From contig JACPDA010000005.1 in NCBI GenBank assembly GCA_016184225.1, positions 67,590 through 131,589 of the forward strand: DNA of 64,000 bases, read 5' to 3'. A program made the position numbers and the translations under genes. The DNA is from Candidatus Daviesbacteria bacterium (GTDB lineage: Bacteria > Patescibacteriota > Microgenomatia > Daviesbacterales > UBA10151). Of the stretch, positions 9,173-20,272 are shown in pieces. Under the pieces are notes generated by a model that saw only the letters and a program-made list of their open reading frames with translations, was not told where the DNA came from and searched no databases. How positions within the stretch are numbered: position 1 is the stretch's first letter; each line of letters opens with the position of its first letter.

Positions 9173-11039
9173 TATTGGCACCGGCACAAATTTACAAGCC
9201 ATTATTGATGGGGTTAAGTCCGGGCAAATTACTGCCAGTATTGTAGCTGTTATAAGCGATACCCCGGATGCCAAAGGCTTAGAGCGGGCAAAAAAATACA
9301 AGTTACCGATTGAAGTAGTTTCCAAAAAAGAAAACCTGTTGCCTCTTTTGAAAAAATTAGATCCGGATTATGTCTGCCTGGCCGGATGGAAGCAGATTAT
9401 TCTAGACAGCGTGATTGATGCATTTCCCAACCGGATTTTAAATACCCATCCGGGGTTAATACCAGACAGTATGGATGGGGTTGTAAAAAACCCGGATGAA
9501 ACCGAGGCATTGTGGAATAAAGGAAAAATGACCGATAAAGCGGTACGAAATTTTCTGGAAACTAAAGCCACTTACGCCGGATGCACGAATCACTTTTTAT
9601 CGCTTGAATTTGATTTTGGCCCGGTGTTGGGCAGGTGTTTTGAAAAAATCAAAAAAGGAGACACAATTGAATCTTTATATAAAAGATTAAAGGTAAAGGA
9701 AAATAAATTATATGTGGATGTTTTAGCTAAGTTAGTGCTTTCCAAAACAGTTATGGTCATTGACGGTGGAGGCAGAGGGGCGGCGTTAGTTGATAAATAT
9801 GCTCAGTCTAAAAAGGTATCTAGAATACTGGTTGTACCAGGTAATGATTTGATGCAAGTAAATACTAAAAAGCCGGTTATCACATACCAAAATCTTAAAA
9901 CCACCAGTATTCCTGAAATTCTAAAAATTTGTCAAAAAGAGAAAGTAGATTTGGTAGATGTAGCTCAAGATAATGCAGTAGAAGCTGGGTTGGTAGATCG
10001 ATTGGCGGAAATTGGTATTAATGTATTCGGTCCTACAAGAAAAGCAGGACAGATTGAATGGGATAAGGCCTGGGCCAGGAAATTCATGGTTAAATATCAA
10101 ATTCCAACTCCGAAGTTTCACGCTTTTAATTCAACAAAAGAAGGAATAGATTTTGTCAAAAAATATCCTGATTCAAAATGGTTTGTCAAAGCATCTGGGT
10201 TAGCAGAAGGAAAAGGGGCGATACCGGCATCAACTATTAATGAAGCCATTACAGCTATTGAACAAATGCAAAAGTTTGGAAAGTCCGGAGAAACTTATCT
10301 TTTAGAAGAGTGGTTGATCGGGGAGGAATTTTCCGCATTTGCCCTAAGTGATGGAAAAGAATTTAAAATGGTCGGTTTTGCACAGGACCATAAAAGAGTA
10401 AATGATGGGGACCAGGGAGAAAATACAGGAGGGATGGGTTGTGTTTCCAATCCTTTAATAATTGACAAAAATATCAGAAAACAAACAGAAAACATTTTCA
10501 TAAAAGTAATAGATGGGTTAAAAGAAGAGGGACGGCCATATAAAGGAGTTTTGTATTTGGGAGGGATTGTGGTTGAAGGAAAGGTGTTTATTATAGAATT
10601 CAATGCCAGATGGGGAGATCCTGAGGCAGAGGCGGTACTACCTTCAATACAAAATAATCTTTTTGATTTAGCAAACACAATTAATCTGGGCGGATTAAAG
10701 AAATTAAAAATAAGAATTGATAAAAAAGTAAGAGTGGTGATTGCAGCAACAGCAAAAGGTTATCCGGTAGATTATAAATCAGTGAGGGGTAAAAAAGTTT
10801 TAGGGATTGATAAGGTAAAGGAGACCGGAGTAAAAATTTATGGATCAGGTATTAAAAAAGTGGATTCAGGTTATACAGTTAATGGCGGAAGAGTTTTGTA
10901 TATAGTTGGCGAAGGGAAAAATGTTATAGAGGCAAGAGAAAGAGCTTACAAGGCAATGAGGCTGATTAGCATTGAAGGAAATAACTTGCATTACAGAACA
11001 GACATTGGCTGGCGTGACCTAGAAAGGATAAAAAGATGA
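9144..11039 (+). CDS. purD: PurN-PurD fusion (GAR transformylase + GAR synthetase)
   Basis: N-terminal KKIAVLIS..GTNLQAI..NTHPGL; C-terminal KASGLAEGKG, QDHKR, NTGGMG, EFNARWGDPE; start at ATG 9144. Confidence 0.9.
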   Translation: MKKIAVLISNIGTGTNLQAIIDGVKSGQITASIVAVISDTPDAKGLERAKKYKLPIEVVSKKENLLPLLKKLDPDYVCLAGWKQIILDSVIDAFPNRILNTHPGLIPDSMDGVVKNPDETEALWNKGKMTDKAVRNFLETKATYAGCTNHFLSLEFDFGPVLGRCFEKIKKGDTIESLYKRLKVKENKLYVDVLAKLVLSKTVMVIDGGGRGAALVDKYAQSKKVSRILVVPGNDLMQVNTKKPVITYQNLKTTSIPEILKICQKEKVDLVDVAQDNAVEAGLVDRLAEIGINVFGPTRKAGQIEWDKAWARKFMVKYQIPTPKFHAFNSTKEGIDFVKKYPDSKWFVKASGLAEGKGAIPASTINEAITAIEQMQKFGKSGETYLLEEWLIGEEFSAFALSDGKEFKMVGFAQDHKRVNDGDQGENTGGMGCVSNPLIIDKNIRKQTENIFIKVIDGLKEEGRPYKGVLYLGGIVVEGKVFIIEFNARWGDPEAEAVLPSIQNNLFDLANTINLGGLKKLKIRIDKKVRVVIAATAKGYPVDYKSVRGKKVLGIDKVKETGVKIYGSGIKKVDSGYTVNGGRVLYIVGEGKNVIEARERAYKAMRLISIEGNNLHYRTDIGWRDLERIKR

Positions 11040-13858
11040 TACAGAAGATAAGAGTGCAAACAATTGGACAACCCAATATTAAAGTTTACCGGTTGGAAGG
11101 GATATCAGTAAAAGATGCTAAAATTCTGGCTGAAAAATTATTGTCAGAGCGAATTAATCAAAAATACACAATAAATCAGCCTATTGCCCGCGGCAAAGTT
11201 ATTGAAATCGCCTATAAACCTGGTGTGATGAATCCGGAGGTGGTATCGATAACCAAAGCTGCATCTGATTTGGGGATTAAACTTATTTCCTGCGACAGTT
11301 CCATTGAATACCTCAGTCAAAAAGTTTCCTTTAATCCTTTAACAGAACACATAATTACAGAAGAACCAAAAACTCTGATTTTAAAAGCTAAACCCGGAAA
11401 GACACAAATTATTTCTATAAGAAATTTGACTGACCAGCAGTTGTTGGATTTATCCAAAGATACGCTTTTCCTTAATTTGGAAGAGATGAAAAAAGTCCAG
11501 AAGTATTTCCAAAAAATAAAAAGAGATCCGTCAGATTTGGAGCTTGAGACTTTAGCCCAAACTTGGAGTGAGCATTCCGGCCATAAAACTTTTAAAGCGG
11601 ATTTAATAATAGACGGTAAGGAAAAAGAACCCCTGATGACTCGGCTGAAAAAGGAAGCCTTAAAACATGATAAAAATATTGTTTCTGCCTTTGTTGATAA
11701 TTCCGGTGTGATGGATTTTTACGACGGTTTTGGGATTTGCGGTAAAGTAGAAACTCATAATGCCCCTTCAGCAATCGAACCTTACGGCGGGGCCATGACT
11801 GGTTCAGGCGGAGTATTCCGGGATATTGCTGCTACTGGTAAAGGCGCAAAAAACATTGCCTCAACAGATGTCTTTTGTTTTGCTCCATTGGATTTATCAG
11901 CTAATGAATTGCCCATGGGGTGTTTGCCGCCTGAATATTTACTAAAAAGGGTTGTGGCCGGTGTCAGGGATTATGGTAATAGGATGGGAATTCCCACTAA
12001 TAATGGCTCAGTTCATTTTCACAAAGATTTCCGGGCCAAGCCTTCGGTGATTGTAGGGGCCTTTGGAATTGTTCCCAAAAAATATGCCAAAAAGGAAAAG
12101 CCAAAAGTGGAAGATCTGATAATTACAATCGGCGGCAGAACAGGTAGGGATGGAATTCATGGGGCTACATTTTCTTCCGGAGAAATGACTGAGAAAACAA
12201 TTGAAGTGCATTCTTCCGCAGTCCAAATTGGCAATGCTATTGAAGAAAAAAGGATGTTTGATGCGCTATTGGAGGCGCGTGATCAGGATTTAATAAGGTT
12301 GGTGCAGGATTGCGGCGGAGGAGGATTTTCCTCAGCAATTGGGGAAATAGGTGAGGAGTTGGGGGTCTTGATTGACCTTAAAAATGCTCCTTTAAAATAT
12401 CAGGGTTTAGCTCCTTGGGAAATTTGGATGTCAGAGTCACAAGAGCGGATGATTGTGGTTTTAGAAAAAATAAACCTGAAGAAATTTGAGGATATTTGTA
12501 AAAAGTACAATGTGGAATTTGCAGTTTTGGGAAAGTTTGATGGAAGTAAGAAATTGAATGTGACTTTTGAAGGTAAAGTAGCTGGTGATTTAGACATGCA
12601 ATTTCTTCATCATGGGTTACCAAAAAGGATTCTAATAGCAAAAAAATCAAATCGTCATTCTGGGGAGCAAAGCGACTCCAGAATCAAAAAAGGATCCTGG
12701 ACAAGCCAGGATGACAGAGTGGAACAGCCTAAGACTGAAAGAGAATGGATAAAGGTTTTAGAAAAAGTGCTAGCTCATGGAAATGTTAATTCCAAAGAAC
12801 CAATTGTTAGATTGTATGATCATTCAGTTCAAGGGACAAATGATCTGCAGTCTTATTCGGGAACTAATTTAGATGGGCCAAATGATTCACCGGTTCTCCG
12901 CCCTTTTCTTGATAAGAAGTATGGCATGGTAATTTCCCATGGATTAAATCCTGTCTTAAATAATATAGATCCGTATTGGGGGAGCATCTGGGCGGCAACA
13001 GAAGCACTCTCCAATTTTGTAGCAGTCGGAGGGAATTACAAAGAAGCTTGCTTAATTAATAATTATATTTGGCCATTTCCGGATGAGCAGTCTCTTTGGT
13101 CTTTAGATAGGTCGGTTGATGCGGTTGTAGATTTTATGAAAACTTTCAAGATTCCTGTAATTTCTGGGAAAGACAGTTTGTCCTCGTCTTACAGAAGCAA
13201 AGATGGAAAAGTAATTAAAATCCCACCTGTACTTTGTATCTCCGTTTTGGGAAAAATTCCTGATGCCGGAAAAACTGTTACTGCAGATTTTAAACGCAGT
13301 GGTTCAACAATTGTTTTAGTAGGTAAAATGGATAAGAATCTTGGAGGCTCTGTTTATTATCAAGTACTTTACCCTGAGCGAGCGGAGCAAGTCGAAGGGC
13401 CAAAAGTTGATTTGAAGATTTTGCCAAAGACTTTTGATGCAATTTGCAAAGGGATACAGACTGGTAAGATTCTATCTTCCCATGATGTTTCGGAAGGTGG
13501 CGTAATTGGGGCTATTTTTGAAATGTGTGTAGGCGGAGGAATGGGAGCGACCATTCACCTCGGAGGAGTAACTTCGTCACACCTCCGAGGTGACCGAATG
13601 GGCTCCTCGGAGGTGGAATTCTTGTTTAATGAAACAGCAGGGTGTTTTATTGTGGAGGTGGAAAATGAAAGTATGGCAAAACAACTTTTTAAGAATGTGC
13701 CATTTAGGATTTTAGGTAAAACAAAAGAAGGAAATAAAATGGAAATATATGGAAATAAGACAAGCTTGCCGCTTCGCGATAAAAAGAAATTATTTGTTGT
13801 GGATGTAAATGATTTGAAGAAAGTTTGGCAGGAACCAATGAGGAGGTTATTCCCATGA
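11036..13858 (+). CDS. purL: FGAM synthase large subunit with N-terminal PurS-like segment
   Basis: QTWSEH, KVETHNAPSAIEPYGGAMTG, SESQERM, SGKDSL, HDVSEGG; KPGVMNP near the N-terminus. Confidence 0.94.
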   Translation: MIQKIRVQTIGQPNIKVYRLEGISVKDAKILAEKLLSERINQKYTINQPIARGKVIEIAYKPGVMNPEVVSITKAASDLGIKLISCDSSIEYLSQKVSFNPLTEHIITEEPKTLILKAKPGKTQIISIRNLTDQQLLDLSKDTLFLNLEEMKKVQKYFQKIKRDPSDLELETLAQTWSEHSGHKTFKADLIIDGKEKEPLMTRLKKEALKHDKNIVSAFVDNSGVMDFYDGFGICGKVETHNAPSAIEPYGGAMTGSGGVFRDIAATGKGAKNIASTDVFCFAPLDLSANELPMGCLPPEYLLKRVVAGVRDYGNRMGIPTNNGSVHFHKDFRAKPSVIVGAFGIVPKKYAKKEKPKVEDLIITIGGRTGRDGIHGATFSSGEMTEKTIEVHSSAVQIGNAIEEKRMFDALLEARDQDLIRLVQDCGGGGFSSAIGEIGEELGVLIDLKNAPLKYQGLAPWEIWMSESQERMIVVLEKINLKKFEDICKKYNVEFAVLGKFDGSKKLNVTFEGKVAGDLDMQFLHHGLPKRILIAKKSNRHSGEQSDSRIKKGSWTSQDDRVEQPKTEREWIKVLEKVLAHGNVNSKEPIVRLYDHSVQGTNDLQSYSGTNLDGPNDSPVLRPFLDKKYGMVISHGLNPVLNNIDPYWGSIWAATEALSNFVAVGGNYKEACLINNYIWPFPDEQSLWSLDRSVDAVVDFMKTFKIPVISGKDSLSSSYRSKDGKVIKIPPVLCISVLGKIPDAGKTVTADFKRSGSTIVLVGKMDKNLGGSVYYQVLYPERAEQVEGPKVDLKILPKTFDAICKGIQTGKILSSHDVSEGGVIGAIFEMCVGGGMGATIHLGGVTSSHLRGDRMGSSEVEFLFNETAGCFIVEVENESMAKQLFKNVPFRILGKTKEGNKMEIYGNKTSLPLRDKKKLFVVDVNDLKKVWQEPMRRLFP
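12654..12715. repeat. GTCAT...ATGAC palindromic element in frame in purL
   Basis: GTCATTCTGGGGAG...CTCCAGAATC...GATCCTGGACAAGCCAGGATGAC; homologous copies at 61079 and 61671. Confidence 0.85.
13372..13399. repeat. CCTGAGC..GTCGAAGG element in purL
   Basis: Same core as the 1717/2041/17006/27354/43513 copies. Confidence 0.7.
13556..13615. repeat. Triple CACCTCNGAGGTG-type palindrome in purL
   Basis: Three ~13 nt palindromic units encoding HLGGVTSSHLRGDRMGSSEV. Confidence 0.7.
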
Positions 13859-14637
13859 AGCCCAAAGTATTAGTTTTAAAAGCAGATGGGACAAATCGGG
13901 ATTACGAGATGTCATATGCTTTCAATGTTGCCGGGGGGAATCCCAAAATAGTGCATGTAAATGAACTTAGAAACGGATCTGAAAAAATGAGTGATTATCA
14001 AATCCTTGCTTTGCCCGGTGGATTTGCCTATGGGGATGATATTGTTTCCGGAAAAATCCTGGCAATAGAACTTACCTCTTTTTTAGGTCAGGAAATGAGA
14101 AAGTTTATTGACAGAAAAGATACGGCAATAATTGGAGTGTGCAACGGGTTTCAGGTTTTAGTCAGAACCGGACTTTTGCCGTTTAGAAAAATCGGGGAAA
14201 TGGATGTGACTTTAACTAACAATGATTCAGGACATTTTGAATGCCGGTGGATTAAGTTAAAAGTTAACGGTAAAAACAACAGCAAATTCCTTCAGGGAAT
14301 AGATGGAATAATGTGGCTTCCCATAGCGCATGGAGAAGGAAAATTCCTTACCGATCAGAAAACTTTAAAAGAAATAGAAAATAAAAATCTGGTAGCCTTT
14401 AGGTATGTAGATGATAATGGCAGCCCGACACAAAAGTATCCGGATAATCCGAACGGTTCCTTAAATGCCATAGTCGGGATAACAGATGAGACGGGAAGAA
14501 TTTTAGGGATGATGCCGCATCCGGAGTGTTTTATTAGAGCAGAGCAACACCCAAACTGGAGACGTGGTACAGTGAAAGTTGACGGCTTACCAATTTTTGA
14601 AAATATAGTGAAATTTGCGAAGGAGAATAAAAAATGA
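13855..14637 (+). CDS. purQ: FGAM synthase glutaminase subunit
   Basis: PGGFAYGD, GVCNGFQ, AHGEG, NPNGS, MMPHPE; ATGA overlap with purL. Confidence 0.95.
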   Translation: MKPKVLVLKADGTNRDYEMSYAFNVAGGNPKIVHVNELRNGSEKMSDYQILALPGGFAYGDDIVSGKILAIELTSFLGQEMRKFIDRKDTAIIGVCNGFQVLVRTGLLPFRKIGEMDVTLTNNDSGHFECRWIKLKVNGKNNSKFLQGIDGIMWLPIAHGEGKFLTDQKTLKEIENKNLVAFRYVDDNGSPTQKYPDNPNGSLNAIVGITDETGRILGMMPHPECFIRAEQHPNWRRGTVKVDGLPIFENIVKFAKENKK

Positions 14638-16193
14638 TTTTATTAATTGATTTCGGATCACAGACAACACATTTAATAGCAAGAAGGGTTAGAGAACTGG
14701 GGTCAGAGGTTGAGATTGCAACTCCCGAAGTTGCCGTACAAAAAATTAGAGCAGAGGAAATACAGGGAATAATTTTATCCGGAGGGCCGGCAGCGGTTTT
14801 TGAAAAACAGTCCCCGACAGTTAACCCGGAGATTTTTGAGTTAGGTATTCCGGTTTTAGGGATTTGTTACGGACAACAATTAATGTGTCATTTATTAGGA
14901 GGAGAAGTAGTGGCTGGTAGAAAAAGAGAGTATGGACCGGCGGTAGTTAGGCAACAGGCAACAGGCGATAAGCGGAGCTTGCGACCTAGCGGTCTTAGGC
15001 CACAGTTTTTGGAAGGGATACCGGATGAGTTTACCGCTTGGATGAGTCACGGGGATCAGGTAATTAAGATACCGGAAGGGTTTGTGACATATGGCACAAC
15101 GGAGACAATACCACACGCTATTATTGCTAATGAAAAAAGAAAATTTTATGGAATTCAGTTTCATCCTGAAGTGGTCCATACCGAATTTGGGGAACAAATC
15201 CTTAAAAACTTTTTAGAAATTTGTGGAATAAAAATAAAGAAACAAGAAATTGACGGCGAGTTTGTAGAAAATCTTATTAAAAATATCAGGGATTCGCTGG
15301 GAGAGGAAAAAGCGATTTGCGCTTTGTCCGGAGGAGTTGATTCTTCTGTGGTAGCGCTTTTGGTGCACAAAGCCATCGGTAAAAATTTAACATCTGTTTA
15401 TGTTGACTCCGGATTAATGAGGGAAGGCGAGACGGAAACTCTGAGGAGTGTTTTCCAACAGCATTACAAAATGAATGTTGATATAGTTGATGCAAAAAAA
15501 GAATTTCTCAAAGCATTAAAGAAAGTTGTGGATCCGGAGCAAAAAAGAAAAGCTATTGGCAAAACTTTTATAGAAGTTTTTGATAATGTGGCAAAAAAAA
15601 TTTATGCCAAGTTTTTGGTCCAGGGAACTATTTATCCGGATGTGATAGAGTCCGCCGGCAGCAAGCACTCGCAAAAAATAAAATCACACCACAATGTTGG
15701 AGGTTTGCCGGAAGAGATGAATTTAATTTTAATTGAACCTTTAAGAAATTTTTATAAAGATGAAGTAAGAAAAATTGGTAGGATTTTAGGACTCCCTGAT
15801 GAGATTATAGAAAGGCAACCTTTTCCCGGTCCGGCCCTTGCAGTAAGAATTATTGGTGAGGTGACAGAAGAAAAGTTAGAGATTTTAAGGAAAGCAGATA
15901 AAATTGTACTAGAGGAAATAGAAAAAGCCGGGTTAGGTAAAAAACTTTGGCAATATTTTGCAGTTTTTACCGGCATTAAAACTACCGGCGTCCGGGGAGA
16001 CCAGAGGTTTTACGGTGAAACAATTGCCATCCGGGCAATTGAAGCAACCGATGCCATGAGTGCCAGCTTTGCCAAACTGCCTTATGATTTACTTGATAAA
16101 ATTTCCACCAGGATTGTCAATGAGGTTCCCGAAGTGAACCGCGTAGTTTATGACATTACCAATAAACCCCCAGCCACTATGGAATGGGAGTAG
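14634..16193 (+). CDS. guaA: GMP synthase
   Basis: DFGSQ, GICYGQQ, QFHPEV, SGGVDS, KSHHNVGG, KPPATMEWE. Confidence 0.97.
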   Translation: MILLIDFGSQTTHLIARRVRELGSEVEIATPEVAVQKIRAEEIQGIILSGGPAAVFEKQSPTVNPEIFELGIPVLGICYGQQLMCHLLGGEVVAGRKREYGPAVVRQQATGDKRSLRPSGLRPQFLEGIPDEFTAWMSHGDQVIKIPEGFVTYGTTETIPHAIIANEKRKFYGIQFHPEVVHTEFGEQILKNFLEICGIKIKKQEIDGEFVENLIKNIRDSLGEEKAICALSGGVDSSVVALLVHKAIGKNLTSVYVDSGLMREGETETLRSVFQQHYKMNVDIVDAKKEFLKALKKVVDPEQKRKAIGKTFIEVFDNVAKKIYAKFLVQGTIYPDVIESAGSKHSQKIKSHHNVGGLPEEMNLILIEPLRNFYKDEVRKIGRILGLPDEIIERQPFPGPALAVRIIGEVTEEKLEILRKADKIVLEEIEKAGLGKKLWQYFAVFTGIKTTGVRGDQRFYGETIAIRAIEATDAMSASFAKLPYDLLDKISTRIVNEVPEVNRVVYDITNKPPATMEWE

Positions 16194-16346
16194 AGAATTT
16201 TCAATATTAATTAATTTTTATCTTGACATTTCATTGCGATTTTTCGAATAATCACTACAAAGTCGTTACAATTAAATTCTTCAGTAAAAGCAAATTTGCA
16301 ATAGAAGCCTTTATATTGTATACTATCGGATTATTTTAATAAAATT

Positions 16347-16778
16347 ATGGGAAGATCTGAAAATAAAGGGGAACGTACACATGAAGGTAAACCTTATCAA
16401 GGTACTATGATAAGAGAATTACGTCATGGTGTAGATAAATCACTTAAAGAATTTGCAGAAGAAGTCGGAATAGTCTCTGCTTCTCTCTCTAAGATAGAAA
16501 CAAATAGAGCTAGAGCAGGAAAAGAGCTTTTATCCAAAATTGCAGACAAGGTAGGTATTCTTGGGGGTGAATTATCAAAAACACCAATACACCCCAGATT
16601 GATAGAAATACAAAGGAAACCACGACAGACTTGTAGTTTACTGAGTGTAGGAGATCAAGTTAATGAAATGGTTATGAAGGCTAATTTATTGCCAGTTCAA
16701 CTCCAGTTAGCAGAACAGTTAATTTTAGATACTAGCAGAGCCATAATTCTGAGATTAGGTGTTTCTAACAAGCCTTAA
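16347..16778 (+). CDS. XRE-family helix-turn-helix protein
   Basis: IRELRH..SLKEFAEEVGI..ASLSKIETN pattern. Confidence 0.75.
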   Translation: MGRSENKGERTHEGKPYQGTMIRELRHGVDKSLKEFAEEVGIVSASLSKIETNRARAGKELLSKIADKVGILGGELSKTPIHPRLIEIQRKPRQTCSLLSVGDQVNEMVMKANLLPVQLQLAEQLILDTSRAIILRLGVSNKP

Positions 16779-16781
16779 ATT

Positions 16782-18164
<1,383 letters not shown>

Positions 18165-18166
18165 TT

Positions 18167-19183
18167 ATGGGAATTATAAAATACACAATTGTTACTTTAG
18201 GTTCTCACTCCGCCCTGCAAATCCTCAAAGGGGCAAAAGATGAAGGCTTTAAAACTGGCGTAGTAGCTACTCCGGATAGATTAACACTTTATAACTCCTA
18301 CAATAATTTTATTGATGAGATTTTAGAAATAGACTCCTGGAAAAATTTCCCCAGATTAGAAAAAGAGTTACTTAAAAGAAATGCCATTATAATTCCACAC
18401 GGCTCGTTTGTGGCATACCTTGGGATGGAACAAAATAAAAATATGAAAGTGGCATATTTTGGCAATAAGAAGGTTTTGGATTGGGAAGAAAACCGCAAAA
18501 TGCAAAGAAACTGGATGGAAGAGGCTAGAGTAAAAGTTCCACACCGGTTTAAAAGGGGAGACAAAATAGACCGACCGGTAATTGTTAAATCATATGGGGC
18601 TTCCGGTGGCAAAGGTTATTTTACTGCCAGAAACCAAAAAGAATTCGACGAAAAGTTAAAAGGTTACAATGAAGAACGATTTATGGTTCAAGAATATGTT
18701 ATTGGGGTGCCGCTCTATTTCCACTTTTTCTATTCGCCTTTGACCAAAAAAGTAGAATTAATGAGTGTTGATAAACGTTATGAAACAAATGTTGACTCAT
18801 TAGGCCGAATTCCGGCTAAAAATCAAAAAGGATTAAATATTGAACCGTCATTTGAGGTGGTGGCAAACATTCCATTGGCTGTTAGGGAGTCTATGATGGC
18901 GGAAGCAGTAGCAATGGCAGAGAGGGTGGTAAAAGCTTCTCAAAAACTTATACCAAGCAAAGGGCTTTTTGGTCCGTTTTGTTTGGAGACAATTATTACC
19001 TCATCTGAGGAAATTTATGTGATAGAAATCTCGGCCAGAATTGTAGCCGGGACAAATTGTTTTATAAATGGATCTCCTTATACTTACTTAAATTATGATG
19101 AACCAATGTCAACAGGAAGACGTATTGCCAGGGAGATAAAGAATGCAATAAACGCAAAGAAGCTTAAGGAGGTGCTGGATTGA
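18167..19183 (+). CDS. purP: PurP-family ATP-grasp FAICAR synthetase
   Basis: LGSHSALQILKGAKDEGF, PHGSF, GGKGYF, RYETN, EISARIVAGTN. Confidence 0.88.
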   Translation: MGIIKYTIVTLGSHSALQILKGAKDEGFKTGVVATPDRLTLYNSYNNFIDEILEIDSWKNFPRLEKELLKRNAIIIPHGSFVAYLGMEQNKNMKVAYFGNKKVLDWEENRKMQRNWMEEARVKVPHRFKRGDKIDRPVIVKSYGASGGKGYFTARNQKEFDEKLKGYNEERFMVQEYVIGVPLYFHFFYSPLTKKVELMSVDKRYETNVDSLGRIPAKNQKGLNIEPSFEVVANIPLAVRESMMAEAVAMAERVVKASQKLIPSKGLFGPFCLETIITSSEEIYVIEISARIVAGTNCFINGSPYTYLNYDEPMSTGRRIAREIKNAINAKKLKEVLD

Positions 19184-20271
19184 AAAATAAACAATATACC
19201 ATTGCTGTTTTAGGTTCTCATTCTGCTTTAGATGTATGCCGTGGGGCTAAGGATTTAGGATTTAAGACACTAGTTATTTGTAAGAAGGGTAGAGAAAAAA
19301 CATACAAAGATTATTTTGCATCTGAAGGGGAACTGGGTTGTGTAGATGAAGTGATTGTGTTGGATGAATTCAAGGATATATTAAGCGAGAAAGTCCAGCA
19401 AGAACTTCTTAAGAGAAATTGTATTTTTATTCCACACAGATCTTTTGAAGTTTACATAAATGACTATAATGCGATTGAGAAAAAGTTTAAGGTGCCGATG
19501 TTCGGCAACAGGTTTTTGCTTAAAGCGGAAGAGCGGGGAGTGAAACCAAACCAGTATGATCTGCTCGACGCTGCCAAGATTCGTTACCCAAAGCAGTATA
19601 AGGATCCCAAGGAAATAGATAGACTTTGTATCGTTAAAGTGTTGGAAAAAGAACGCGGTTTTGAAAGGGCATTTTTCTTGGCCGAAAATTATGAGGACTT
19701 TGTTATGCATGCATCAAATGCAATTTCAGCTAATAGAATTACAAAACAACAATTAGAAAAAGCTGTCATTGAGGAGTTTATTTTTGGGGTGCAAGTTAAT
19801 TTTAATTTCTTTTATGACCCTATTAATAATAGGTTAGAATTAATTGGAACAGATACTAGAAGGCAAACAAATATTGAAGGGCTTATTAAAACTCCCGCTC
19901 CTTACCAGCAATCTATTATGGCAAGAACGCAGATCAAATATGAGGAAGCAGGTCATATTGCCGTTACAGTTTTGGAGTCTATGCTTGAGGATGCATTTGC
20001 CATAGGGGAAAGATTTGTTGAAGCTACTCAGAAGTTGTTTAAACCAGGAGTCATTGGGCCGTTTGGTTTACAAACAGTTATAACCGCCGGCCCGCCCAAA
20101 AAAGAGATTATTGTTTTTGATGTTTCCCCGAGAATGCCGGGATCTCCCGGGATATTGGCCACACCTTACAGTGGATATTTATATGGACAAAATATTTCTA
20201 TGGGAAAAAGAGTAGCCATGGAGATTAAGGAAGCGATTGAAAGAGGTCAGCTGGAAAGGATATTAACTTAA
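19180..20271 (+). CDS. purP: Second PurP-family paralog
   Basis: LGSHSALDVCRGAKDLGF, ERGFERAFF, DTRRQTN, DVSPRMPGSP. Confidence 0.82.
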   Translation: MKNKQYTIAVLGSHSALDVCRGAKDLGFKTLVICKKGREKTYKDYFASEGELGCVDEVIVLDEFKDILSEKVQQELLKRNCIFIPHRSFEVYINDYNAIEKKFKVPMFGNRFLLKAEERGVKPNQYDLLDAAKIRYPKQYKDPKEIDRLCIVKVLEKERGFERAFFLAENYEDFVMHASNAISANRITKQQLEKAVIEEFIFGVQVNFNFFYDPINNRLELIGTDTRRQTNIEGLIKTPAPYQQSIMARTQIKYEEAGHIAVTVLESMLEDAFAIGERFVEATQKLFKPGVIGPFGLQTVITAGPPKKEIIVFDVSPRMPGSPGILATPYSGYLYGQNISMGKRVAMEIKEAIERGQLERILT

Positions 20272-20272
20272 T

